In this document: positions 1 to 8,449 of the stretch, in pieces | How the letters are laid out: every line of letters starts with the position of its first letter | Position numbering within the stretch: position 1 is the first letter of the stretch | Source: a virus | Taxonomy: Duplodnaviria > Caudoviricetes | DNA length: 24,587 nt | Reading direction: 5' to 3' (one strand) | IMG/VR virus record: IMGVR_UViG_3300030376_004674 | Coordinates: 1 to 24,587 of that record | Position numbers and translations under genes: made by a program | Notes under the pieces: model-generated | The model's input: only the letters and a program-made list of their open reading frames with translations | What the model was told of the DNA's origin: nothing | The model's database searches: none

Positions 1-3000
1 GAAGAGCTTACATCTTTTGTATACTCAACTTTAGCAATGTTTTCAGCATACTCAGGTTTTATTTCACCCGTCAGTTGTTTAATGATAAGTTCGTTAGCTT
101 TTTTTACGTCTTTTATTTTATCTACTTTAAAAAACTGAGCTATAGTCATATTTTCATCTATAAGCATGTAAGCTTTTGGATTTACACCCGCTGCAGCTAA
201 TCTAACTAGAGAAGAGTACCCATCGGGTAATTTTAAATCACCACTTATTAATCTAGGTACAATTAAATCGTAATAAACCTGTGGCATGTTGGCTTTTAAA
301 TTACCGCTAGGATCATCAACTTTTAACATAGATCCTTGCATGTAAGATTTACCAACAACGCTCCAAACTTCACTTAGTTTCCCAAAAAAAGCACCAGAAA
401 GCAAAGCTTTACCAACTAAATTTTGAGGATCAGTATGTTCTTCAACAGCTTTTTTGTTGAATATAGGTTTTTTTGTATTTGGATCTACAGGGAAAAATTT
501 TATTGGAGCTAATATTCTAACAATAGTGCTCATGTGCTTGCTAGTATCTAACATCATCTCTTCAAACAACCAAATATCATTTGGAAAATTTTGCAAATGA
601 GCTTCTACAGCTTCAAAAAACCCTAACAACTCTTTTAATTTTTTTCCGTTTTCTTTTTTAAACTCGTCTGTATTAGTTTTTTCGTGAAAATTAGGTGAAT
701 ATTTTTCTTTCTTATTGTATGCTTGTTTTTTACCTACCTGCTCTACGTCAGGATAATCTACTATATTATCGTCAAAGTTTATATCATCACCAGTTGATTT
801 TTTATATTTGATAAAATCCTTATCGCTTGATTTTCCAAACTTAAATAAACCTCCTTTTTTACCACCGGTCATAGTTTTTCTTATCGCGCTTCTATATTCC
901 GGGTGTGATTCTAAAAAAGTATTTAAAACCCTAATAGCTGCTTGCTTGTAAGTTTCTCCTGTTTCTTCATCAAATATAGCTTCTAAGTTTCTAGTTCCTT
1001 TTAAAGGACCTTCTTTGTGGTTTGGTATTCTAACATTTCTACCATACAAAGCTTCTGATAAAATTCCTAGCGGGTGCTCGTACATTAGCTGAAAATTATC
1101 TAATGGGTTTGCTAAATCTTCAGCGCTTTTACTAAACATAACAGAAGACTTACCATCTTTTATACGATCAACATTTTCTTTTGATTTAGCATCAACTTCT
1201 CCTAACCTTTGCCTTACAGCTTGGTTAGTTATCATTTTACCAGTTAAATTAGCTAACGCTAACACTCTAGCTGATGTGTTTCTATCTGTACGATCTGGCT
1301 TACCGTCTACAATGCCAAATGTTTCTAAAAATTGTTTTTTATTTATATTATTTTTTTGTTGTATCGCAAGACCAGCTTTACTACCAGTTGTAGCTGCTTT
1401 AGCTCTATCTGTTTTTGTGTAAAAAGCTTTTAACAAAGTGTTAGGTATACCAGTCGCAGTGCCACTAGCAGTAGCTCCTTCTGGTAGCATTGCTATTAGT
1501 AGGTCTGCATTTTTATTAATAAACATTTGTGCAGACTGTAATTCTTTTTTAGTTAAGTTAGCTAAACTTTCTATTTTTTTAGGAGCAATACCAAAAACCT
1601 CACCTGTTACACTAGGTATTTTATTTTTTAACGTTTTAAAAGTTAAATTATCAACATCTAGATCAGGAACTATTTTATCAATAGCTTTACTTACTTTTTC
1701 AGTAACACCTAGTCTGTCAGCTAATACTATTTTCTTTTTTCTTGGTTTAGTTTTAACTTCAACATCTGCAGTTTCTTCCGCAACAACATTCTTTGCCTCT
1801 GTGACATCGGTTGTAAACTCTTCACCTAAAATTCTTTTCGATGCTTCAATAGCTCTTGAAGGTAAAAACTTGTTTATATAAGCAGCTAAAGGAACACCAG
1901 AGTCTGGTTTGTAGTCTCTAATTAAATCTATTATACCACGCTGGCCAGTTTCTATTTCATCAGTTAACAGTTGTCTATCAAACCCAGGCGCGTCTTTACG
2001 TTTATCTACCAACTTATTTACTATAGGCTTAAATTGTTCTATAATGTTAAACGTACCTCTAACACCTTCATTTTCGTATATAGACTGTACTTTGTCAGAA
2101 GCTTCTTTTGAAAACACAGCATTTTCAAATACAGCAGTACCACCTGTAGCTTTTTTAACACCCAAACTTAAACTTCCTTTGTGTATACTTTTGTTATAGT
2201 CTTTTAAAAAGTTGTAAGCACTTTGTGCGTCATTAAAATCAACATCTGAAAAACCAAAGTTAGCAAAAAGCCTTCTCATAAAGTCTTTTATTTTGGTAAA
2301 CACACCGTCATCAAATTTTATTTCTTTATTAGCAACAGCATCTGAAAATATTGTAAAGTATTCACTACGGTTAGCGTCTATATCTGATTGTTTGTAGTTT
2401 TTACGTATTCTTTCTTTTATTACGTTTGTATTTTCTTCACCTATAATTTCAAAAAAGTTGTCAATAGTTGACTGTTCTATTTGTGCTCCGCTAGCCTTTA
2501 TAATACCATGCAGTAATTCGTGATTACCAACATTGTCACCATAAACTTTTGTTTTAGCTCTATCTTTATTAATAACTATTTCATCGTCTTGTATAAAACC
2601 AAGTGCCTCAGAAAATTTTTCTTTTTTATTGTCGTACTTTTGTTGTATTTCTTGCTCAGTTAATTCTGTAAACTTTAAACCATAAAGACCGCTATGTTTT
2701 TTAGCAAAAGCCATGTTGTCTTGATATTTTCTTTCTGCTATGTTAGCAGACTTTTCAGACAAGACTTCTAGTGATGTTTCTGTATCATCAGCAAGTTCTA
2801 GCATTTTCATAGCCGCTTCTTGTTTTGTCTCTGCCTTTTTGCCAATACCAGTAAAATCATTTTCCATTTTAATATCAGCTTTTGCAATGTCTATATCATC
2901 AGCTGTATCAACAAAGCTTTTCATTTGCTCATACGTCACGCTTTGACCATTTAACCTGTATGTAGGTTGTTTTGCAGTTAACAAAGCCGCAGAAACATTT

Positions 3001-3935
3001 AGCGGAGCCGTTACAGTACCTGTTATAGCTTCAAAACCTATTTCAGCAGCATCCATTTCTTGACCAGCAACAACTCTACCTAAAGTTTCACCTGTAGCAC
3101 CACCAACAGCTTCAACGCCAACACCTGCAGCACCCGCTGCTAATTTAGCTCTTTTAGCTCCTTTGGTTATCTTAGAAGCAGCAACACCGGCTTTACCAGC
3201 CAAACCACCACTAAAACCTTCTATAGCGCCAATAGTTAACCCCCTACCTATAGCTTTATTTCTTATTTGTGTGCCCTCAGCTTCTAATAAAGCTTTTATA
3301 TTTTTATCGGTAAACTCTTGACCTTTTTCTTTTAATCTTGTTTCTATTAATTCACCAAAAGTTAATGCAGCTTCCATTGAAGTCGCTAAACCACCCATAG
3401 CCCCAGCTAAAGCTCCTAAAGGACCAGCTACAGCAGCTCCAGTACCAGCACCAGCCGCAGCGGCTCCTAACGAAGCGCCAGGTGAATCAAAAGCAGTACC
3501 AATCTGTGTACCTAAAGATTGCACGAATAATTCCGGTAATAAACCAGGTTGATCTTTTACTCCTCTAAAAAATGCAGCCCAAGTCTTACCTTCTTTGACA
3601 TACTGCTCTTGAAACTTAGTCATACGATCAGAAGCAACATATGATTTAGCTTCACTTTCTTTAGCTTTCATAAACTCTTGTATGCTTTCTATATCTATGT
3701 TAGAAAAATCTTGAGACATAAGGTCTGTAGCCTCACCAGTCGTGCTAGCAGCAGCCATACCTCTACCAAACCAAGTTTGATCAAACCAGCTAACGTCTTC
3801 TTGTTTTGGCTCAATTACTTCAGGTGTTAAACCAGCGCCAATAACGTATTCTTCTAAACTAACACCACGTTTTTGTGCTGCGTTTAGAATTTGTTCTTCT
3901 GTATATGTTGTGTCGTTTCTAGTATAATTTGGCAT
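1..3935 (-). CDS. Large polyvalent virion-ejected (cargo) protein, 3'-truncated by window edge; contains zincin metallopeptidase and sigma70 region-2-like domains
   Basis: ATG at 3935-3933 overlaps the upstream gene's TAA (TAATG). My manual translation (MPNYTRNDTTYTEEQILNAAQKRG...) stays open to position 3, >1310 codons. It is absent from the ORF track, presumably because there is no stop in the window. Gly/Ala hydrophobic stretches near the N-terminus, HELLH at 2508-2522, sigma-like segment at 1833-2045. Position after the tail genes is typical of ejection proteins. Confidence 0.85.
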   Translation of the reverse strand, partial: MPNYTRNDTTYTEEQILNAAQKRGVSLEEYVIGAGLTPEVIEPKQEDVSWFDQTWFGRGMAAASTTGEATDLMSQDFSNIDIESIQEFMKAKESEAKSYVASDRMTKFQEQYVKEGKTWAAFFRGVKDQPGLLPELFVQSLGTQIGTAFDSPGASLGAAAAGAGTGAAVAGPLGALAGAMGGLATSMEAALTFGELIETRLKEKGQEFTDKNIKALLEAEGTQIRNKAIGRGLTIGAIEGFSGGLAGKAGVAASKITKGAKRAKLAAGAAGVGVEAVGGATGETLGRVVAGQEMDAAEIGFEAITGTVTAPLNVSAALLTAKQPTYRLNGQSVTYEQMKSFVDTADDIDIAKADIKMENDFTGIGKKAETKQEAAMKMLELADDTETSLEVLSEKSANIAERKYQDNMAFAKKHSGLYGLKFTELTEQEIQQKYDNKKEKFSEALGFIQDDEIVINKDRAKTKVYGDNVGNHELLHGIIKASGAQIEQSTIDNFFEIIGEENTNVIKERIRKNYKQSDIDANRSEYFTIFSDAVANKEIKFDDGVFTKIKDFMRRLFANFGFSDVDFNDAQSAYNFLKDYNKSIHKGSLSLGVKKATGGTAVFENAVFSKEASDKVQSIYENEGVRGTFNIIEQFKPIVNKLVDKRKDAPGFDRQLLTDEIETGQRGIIDLIRDYKPDSGVPLAAYINKFLPSRAIEASKRILGEEFTTDVTEAKNVVAEETADVEVKTKPRKKKIVLADRLGVTEKVSKAIDKIVPDLDVDNLTFKTLKNKIPSVTGEVFGIAPKKIESLANLTKKELQSAQMFINKNADLLIAMLPEGATASGTATGIPNTLLKAFYTKTDRAKAATTGSKAGLAIQQKNNINKKQFLETFGIVDGKPDRTDRNTSARVLALANLTGKMITNQAVRQRLGEVDAKSKENVDRIKDGKSSVMFSKSAEDLANPLDNFQLMYEHPLGILSEALYGRNVRIPNHKEGPLKGTRNLEAIFDEETGETYKQAAIRVLNTFLESHPEYRSAIRKTMTGGKKGGLFKFGKSSDKDFIKYKKSTGDDINFDDNIVDYPDVEQVGKKQAYNKKEKYSPNFHEKTNTDEFKKENGKKLKELLGFFEAVEAHLQNFPNDIWLFEEMMLDTSKHMSTIVRILAPIKFFPVDPNTKKPIFNKKAVEEHTDPQNLVGKALLSGAFFGKLSEVWSVVGKSYMQGSMLKVDDPSGNLKANMPQVYYDLIVPRLISGDLKLPDGYSSLVRLAAAGVNPKAYMLIDENMTIAQFFKVDKIKDVKKANELIIKQLTGEIKPEYAENIAKVEYTKDVSS

Positions 3936-5569
3936 TAGTCTTGTATATCCTCGTCTACGTTAAACATTGGTTGCTTTGCAACTAATTCTAATTCAACCAT
4001 TAAGTCGTTTAATATTTTCAAATCATCGTTATTTGCTTCGCTTCCAGTTTTAAATCTATACGGCTTTCCTGTCGCTGGATTTATAACTGGTTTGAAAGAG
4101 TTTTCAGGCAATAGATTTCCATTTTTATCTCTAGTTTTCATTAACATAACATCATTGGTCGCTGCGTTATCAGATGTTGATTTTTTATAAAGACCCCTTG
4201 TGTAATCTTTACTGAAAGGCGCGAAAAAATACTCTGACTCGTTTTTATTAGCTACAGACATGTTAAACAAATTGTTTAATTTGCCAGACACATTATCATC
4301 ACCATCTTTCTCAAGTAAAGTAAGAGGGGCTAGCCCTTTATTTTTGTTTTGGTTGTTTTCTTTGTTTTGCTGTGCGTTTGCAACGTTAAAAGTTGTTCTG
4401 CTTTCTCCGTCTTTAATTAAACCTTCTATATCAGCTACTTCGTATCTTGTAAAAGTTTTATCACCAGAAGTGTATACTTCATTCTCAGCATCCCAAGTAT
4501 ACACATAATGAGATCCTCTTACAGTATTTAAATTGTCTAGATCGCTTCTTCTGTCTCTTTTTGTTCTCCAAGTAACATTAACAGGGCTTTGATCGGTAGT
4601 ACCTCCGGTTGGCACGTATTGAGCGTCATATGCAGCACCCCACTCTAACCAAGGTTTTTTACCTTTACCACCTTCTTCATCTGATTTTTTCTTTCTATAG
4701 TTTGCATCGTCATTTATACCGCCTTGCATTAACTTTTTGTTAGCAAAATCTCTAATTGCATTTTCGTCCCAATTGCTACCGCTAGTTCTTAAATATTGAT
4801 CAGCGTCTAGGCCAGGGTTTTCTTCTTGCCATAAATCTTTTAATGTTTTACCGTCTTTTAAAGTAAAGTTATCGTCCCACATGCTAGCTACTAATTTTTG
4901 CGTAGTATTTAAAGTTTGTTTAACAACTCTTGAAAGTTCATCTTTTTCAAAAGGCAAGCCTTTATAAGCGCTATTCCTAATAGTTTTAATCTGATTGTCG
5001 TAGTTAACAGCAAGATCCTTTTTCTTTAAGTATATATGCTCATCTAAGTCTTCTAGCTTTATACCTTTTTTACCGTTAGGACCATTAAAATCAATAACCA
5101 TATCTTTACCGTCTTTACGTAAAGTATACTCCTTGTTAATAAGCATGTTCATCATTGTTTTATCTGAACCACCGGAGTAATTACCTTCACCATCTATACC
5201 AAGTAAATCTTCAGCATGGTCTTTTAACATTTGACCTATAGTGTTTTGTGCTTTAATTAAGGTAGCACCTTCAAGCTTTAATTCTCTAACTGCTTTTCTA
5301 TCTTTTCTATTTTCAGCCTTTGCTAATTCTTCACCTATTCTATTAAACTCGTTGTACATAAAATCTTTACCAGCTTCGGGTAATAAATCAACACCAATAG
5401 CATCAACCTCTAGGTTTTCAGCATTTTTAATAGCTTTAGCTTCAGTTTCTTCTTCAAACTTTTTTAAAGCACCCATAACGCTGCCTACCTGCTTCATTAT
5501 TTCAGCACCCGTATTATCTTGTTGTGATAATGCTAATTCTTTGTCTAGTTTTACTAAATTTGTATTCAT
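3935..5569 (-). CDS. Putative ejected/internal virion (cargo) protein, 544 aa
   Basis: Long ORF, charged and helical N-half, GGKGKK linker. Lies between a small ejection-type gene and the giant cargo gene. No catalytic motif recognised, so function is from synteny only. Confidence 0.55.
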   Translation of the reverse strand: MNTNLVKLDKELALSQQDNTGAEIMKQVGSVMGALKKFEEETEAKAIKNAENLEVDAIGVDLLPEAGKDFMYNEFNRIGEELAKAENRKDRKAVRELKLEGATLIKAQNTIGQMLKDHAEDLLGIDGEGNYSGGSDKTMMNMLINKEYTLRKDGKDMVIDFNGPNGKKGIKLEDLDEHIYLKKKDLAVNYDNQIKTIRNSAYKGLPFEKDELSRVVKQTLNTTQKLVASMWDDNFTLKDGKTLKDLWQEENPGLDADQYLRTSGSNWDENAIRDFANKKLMQGGINDDANYRKKKSDEEGGKGKKPWLEWGAAYDAQYVPTGGTTDQSPVNVTWRTKRDRRSDLDNLNTVRGSHYVYTWDAENEVYTSGDKTFTRYEVADIEGLIKDGESRTTFNVANAQQNKENNQNKNKGLAPLTLLEKDGDDNVSGKLNNLFNMSVANKNESEYFFAPFSKDYTRGLYKKSTSDNAATNDVMLMKTRDKNGNLLPENSFKPVINPATGKPYRFKTGSEANNDDLKILNDLMVELELVAKQPMFNVDEDIQD

Positions 5570-5585
5570 GTTTTATATTTTAAAC

Positions 5586-6374
5586 TTATCCTTCAAAAGT
5601 TGCGCTTGCACTTTCCCTGTCACCAACCACATAACCTTCTCCAAGAGTAAAAGATGCGTTAGAACCAATGTTAAATCCCATATTGCCAATATTAGAACCT
5701 AAATTACCAAAAAAGTCAGCGCCTGTTTGTGTGCCAGCAAAATCAGTTAATGCACTACCAACACCACCTATTAAATTTGTTCTAGCTGTTTTAACTGCTT
5801 GATTTGCCATTGTCGCTCTATTCATTGCCATGCCATATAGTGTTTCAGTTCTTTCTTGCTCTTTATTTCTACTATATACTTCACCAGCTCTTTCTCTTTG
5901 TTCTAATATACCTTCCATTTTTCTTTGTGCCATGTCAATACCTGCTTGACCTTTAGCTGCAGCTCTTTGGTTTGCTGATTCTTGAAGTCCAATTGATGCA
6001 GCGGCTTGTTGTCCTTTTTTAACTTTTTGATTGTATACTGTCTGTGCTAAACCAGCAATACCAGAAGCCCCTGCAGAACCACTTAGAGCATCTAATATAT
6101 TGACATCTCTTTGGGCTTGTTGGTCTCTCATAAACTCAGCTTGCTTAAGATTTACAGTTAAATCTTCATAAGGATTTTCCATACCATCATAAGGGTTTTT
6201 CATGTCCTTATAAGGATTACTAAAATCTAAATTCATGTACTGCTGCTTCATTTCTTTTAGCTCAGCGTTTGCTTTTAATTGTTGTCTTCTACGTTTTTTA
6301 CGCCCAAACATACTACCAATTATTTGCGTGCCTGCACTTATTAATAATTTTGTTGTTACTGGATCTAATGCCAT
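5586..6374 (-). CDS. Putative small DNA-ejection/pilot protein, 262 aa
   Basis: N-terminal apolar Gly/Ala helix followed by a basic cluster (GRKKRRRQQ), Gln/Ala-rich coiled coil, Gly-rich apolar C-terminus. This architecture is typical of the first ejection protein of podoviruses (P22 gp7-like in composition and position). Confidence 0.65.
   Translation of the reverse strand: MALDPVTTKLLISAGTQIIGSMFGRKKRRRQQLKANAELKEMKQQYMNLDFSNPYKDMKNPYDGMENPYEDLTVNLKQAEFMRDQQAQRDVNILDALSGSAGASGIAGLAQTVYNQKVKKGQQAAASIGLQESANQRAAAKGQAGIDMAQRKMEGILEQRERAGEVYSRNKEQERTETLYGMAMNRATMANQAVKTARTNLIGGVGSALTDFAGTQTGADFFGNLGSNIGNMGFNIGSNASFTLGEGYVVGDRESASATFEG
6159..6218 (-). repeat. Three degenerate 21-nt / 7-aa tandem repeats (NPYKDMK-NPYDGME-NPYEDL)
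   Basis: Visible in the translation and as ataaggatt/ataagggtt recurring every 21 nt on the + strand. Confidence 0.8.
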
Positions 6375-6411
6375 ATTAATTTCTTTGTATTATAATTACA
6401 CTTATTTTGTC

Positions 6412-6831
6412 TTATTTACTACTAGGACTAACTTCTGAAAGCACTGAAAACAACTCTGCTTGTGAGTTTGAGTCGTTTTTCATTTCAACTTCAGCGTGAT
6501 AACCTTTTAAGCCAGATGTATTTATTTTAGTATTCTTACCAAAAAATACATAATCACCTGCTACAGGTAATAACTCTGTACCTGTGGTTTGTACTCCTAA
6601 AGTATATGTTGTTAATTCTGTTTCAGACGTAGGATTAGTTATTGCTATACACTCACCTAATCTAACCACATCTCCTATCTGCTTACCTGTAGAAAAATTT
6701 ACTTTACAGAAATATATAATATCCCAAGCCCCAGAATCAGGTGTATCTTCTGTATCTGTTGCTACAGACGAAGACTTTGCTGTTAATGAAGGATTTATAG
6801 GTAAAGGTAATTTTATATCTATTCTAGGCAT
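6412..6831 (-). CDS. Small tail protein, 139 aa; resembles the C-terminal part of tail stabilisation/muzzle proteins
   Basis: Beta-rich. Ends SGLKGYHAEVEMKNDSNSQAELFSVLSEVSPSSK, which I recall as the kind of motif that ends crAss-like tail stabilisation proteins. Needs an alignment. Confidence 0.55.
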   Translation of the reverse strand: MPRIDIKLPLPINPSLTAKSSSVATDTEDTPDSGAWDIIYFCKVNFSTGKQIGDVVRLGECIAITNPTSETELTTYTLGVQTTGTELLPVAGDYVFFGKNTKINTSGLKGYHAEVEMKNDSNSQAELFSVLSEVSPSSK

Positions 6832-6843
6832 CGTTATTTATTT

Positions 6844-8448
6844 TTATCCTGAAGTCATGTTAATTGTTATTGTTGTTGTTACAGCAGCGTTGTACGGGTC
6901 AGCTGTGGTGTATTGGAACGTAACAGTGTTACCTCCATCTCCTGGTCGATATTGCACTTGTCTATTTGTAGCGTTTACAGTATTATTAGTTGTTAACGTT
7001 TGGCCAGTACAAGTTACAGTTTGTAAAGTTCCTTGTGTGTCTGTGTATCTAAAAGTACCGTGTTGAGGCATTACTGTTAATACAAACGTTATTGCATCAC
7101 CTTCAGGATCTGTTGCGCTTAACGTCATTGATGTATAATTTGAAGATTCTTCAGCGCTTATTGTAACAGGATCTGTGAAAGTAGGCGTTGGCGCTTGATT
7201 TAAAGCTATAATATTAGCAGCATTTAAAGAGCTTGTTCTATCTACAGTCCCTAATTTGTTAAATGTAACATTTCCTGTAGCGTGAGCAGCTGAGTGAAAA
7301 GTTAAAGTCGTTCCACTAGCTATTGTACTGGCTTTTGTAACCGTAACAGAAGCTCCACTTACAGCTGTTACAAGAACAGAATTTGCGCCAGAATAGCTTA
7401 TACCATTACCAGTTACACGCATGCCTTTGACTATGCTGTTGTTTGGAGATGTTAAAGTTATTGTTTCTCCAGTTGTTGTTCCAGCAGTTACACCTGTTTG
7501 AGTTGGGTATATTTCAACAACTAAAGCGTTTAAATCTAATATTGTGCCTCCAGCTAGTCTTTTTGTACCACTATGATAATTTGCTCCTGAAAAATCAGAT
7601 CTATCAAACGTGCCAACATACTTTAAAGGCACTGTAGATGATTCTGATGTAATATAAAACTCAAACCCGCGATCTGCGTAAGGTGTTGAAAACGGCTCGC
7701 CTTTAAAAACAACAGGGCTTCCAGAAACTATAAAGTCACTAGCGCTCTCTATTATATTCACCGTAATTGTAGGGTCTATATACTGATTTATAGGTATTGT
7801 TACTGGTGAGTTTAATGTTAAAAAAGAGTTGTTTGCTATTTCTGTTAAAACTATAGAGTACGAAGCGTTTGAAGTTCTAGCTGGAAAAGTTATTTGCTCT
7901 TCATACACACCTCCGGTTGGTATTGTTACCGTGCCAGAACCTGTTGAACCGTCTGGTGCAACTCTTATAGATGTGTTACCTCTTTTAAAGTCAAGCGTTA
8001 CAGTAGCAGCCGGGTTGTTAGCATCTGATTCGTCACCATATATAGTTAGCAATCTAGTTTCTCCTTTAAACGTTACCCAGTTGTCGTTAAAATTATAGTT
8101 ATATATTTTACCAACAGAATTAACTATATCGAGTTCTGCTCTAGCTATAAAAGTTATTACATCTCCAGAAACGGCTTTTAAAGGGTACTTGTATTTTATT
8201 ACAAACTCTCTTACAGTTAAGTTATTGCCAGCGATAGAACCCGTGTCGTTAACAGTCACAGTATAACTATTTTTATCAAACACATTGTTTAAGTTTATAG
8301 ATGGTGCTTTTTTAAATATGTGATTTGCATCAGCTGTGAAAGTTTTTGTAAAAACAGTTGCAGTAGTTAAGGGTACTCCAGCCAGAGAAAAAGTTGATCC
8401 AGCGTTTTCTGTACAATTTAGTTTTGATGTTTTAATTGTTCCTGACAT
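6844..8448 (-). CDS. Thr-rich beta-sandwich tail accessory/adhesin protein with C-terminal cadherin-like/Big_9 Ig domain, 534 aa
   Basis: C-terminus NQAPT...TLSATDPEGDAITFVLTVMPQHGT...VQYRP...TFQYTTAD...TITINM matches the cadherin-like/Big_9 pattern. Internal SIVKGMRVTGNGI beta-barrel module. Located in the tail cluster. Confidence 0.7.
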   Translation of the reverse strand: MSGTIKTSKLNCTENAGSTFSLAGVPLTTATVFTKTFTADANHIFKKAPSINLNNVFDKNSYTVTVNDTGSIAGNNLTVREFVIKYKYPLKAVSGDVITFIARAELDIVNSVGKIYNYNFNDNWVTFKGETRLLTIYGDESDANNPAATVTLDFKRGNTSIRVAPDGSTGSGTVTIPTGGVYEEQITFPARTSNASYSIVLTEIANNSFLTLNSPVTIPINQYIDPTITVNIIESASDFIVSGSPVVFKGEPFSTPYADRGFEFYITSESSTVPLKYVGTFDRSDFSGANYHSGTKRLAGGTILDLNALVVEIYPTQTGVTAGTTTGETITLTSPNNSIVKGMRVTGNGISYSGANSVLVTAVSGASVTVTKASTIASGTTLTFHSAAHATGNVTFNKLGTVDRTSSLNAANIIALNQAPTPTFTDPVTISAEESSNYTSMTLSATDPEGDAITFVLTVMPQHGTFRYTDTQGTLQTVTCTGQTLTTNNTVNATNRQVQYRPGDGGNTVTFQYTTADPYNAAVTTTITINMTSG

Positions 8449-8449
8449 A

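Noticed and set aside
1-3935. Virion RNA polymerase subunit as in canonical crAss-like phages
   Set aside because: No DxDxD catalytic motif or double-psi barrel signature recognised in the 1311 visible codons. The unseen remainder cannot be judged.
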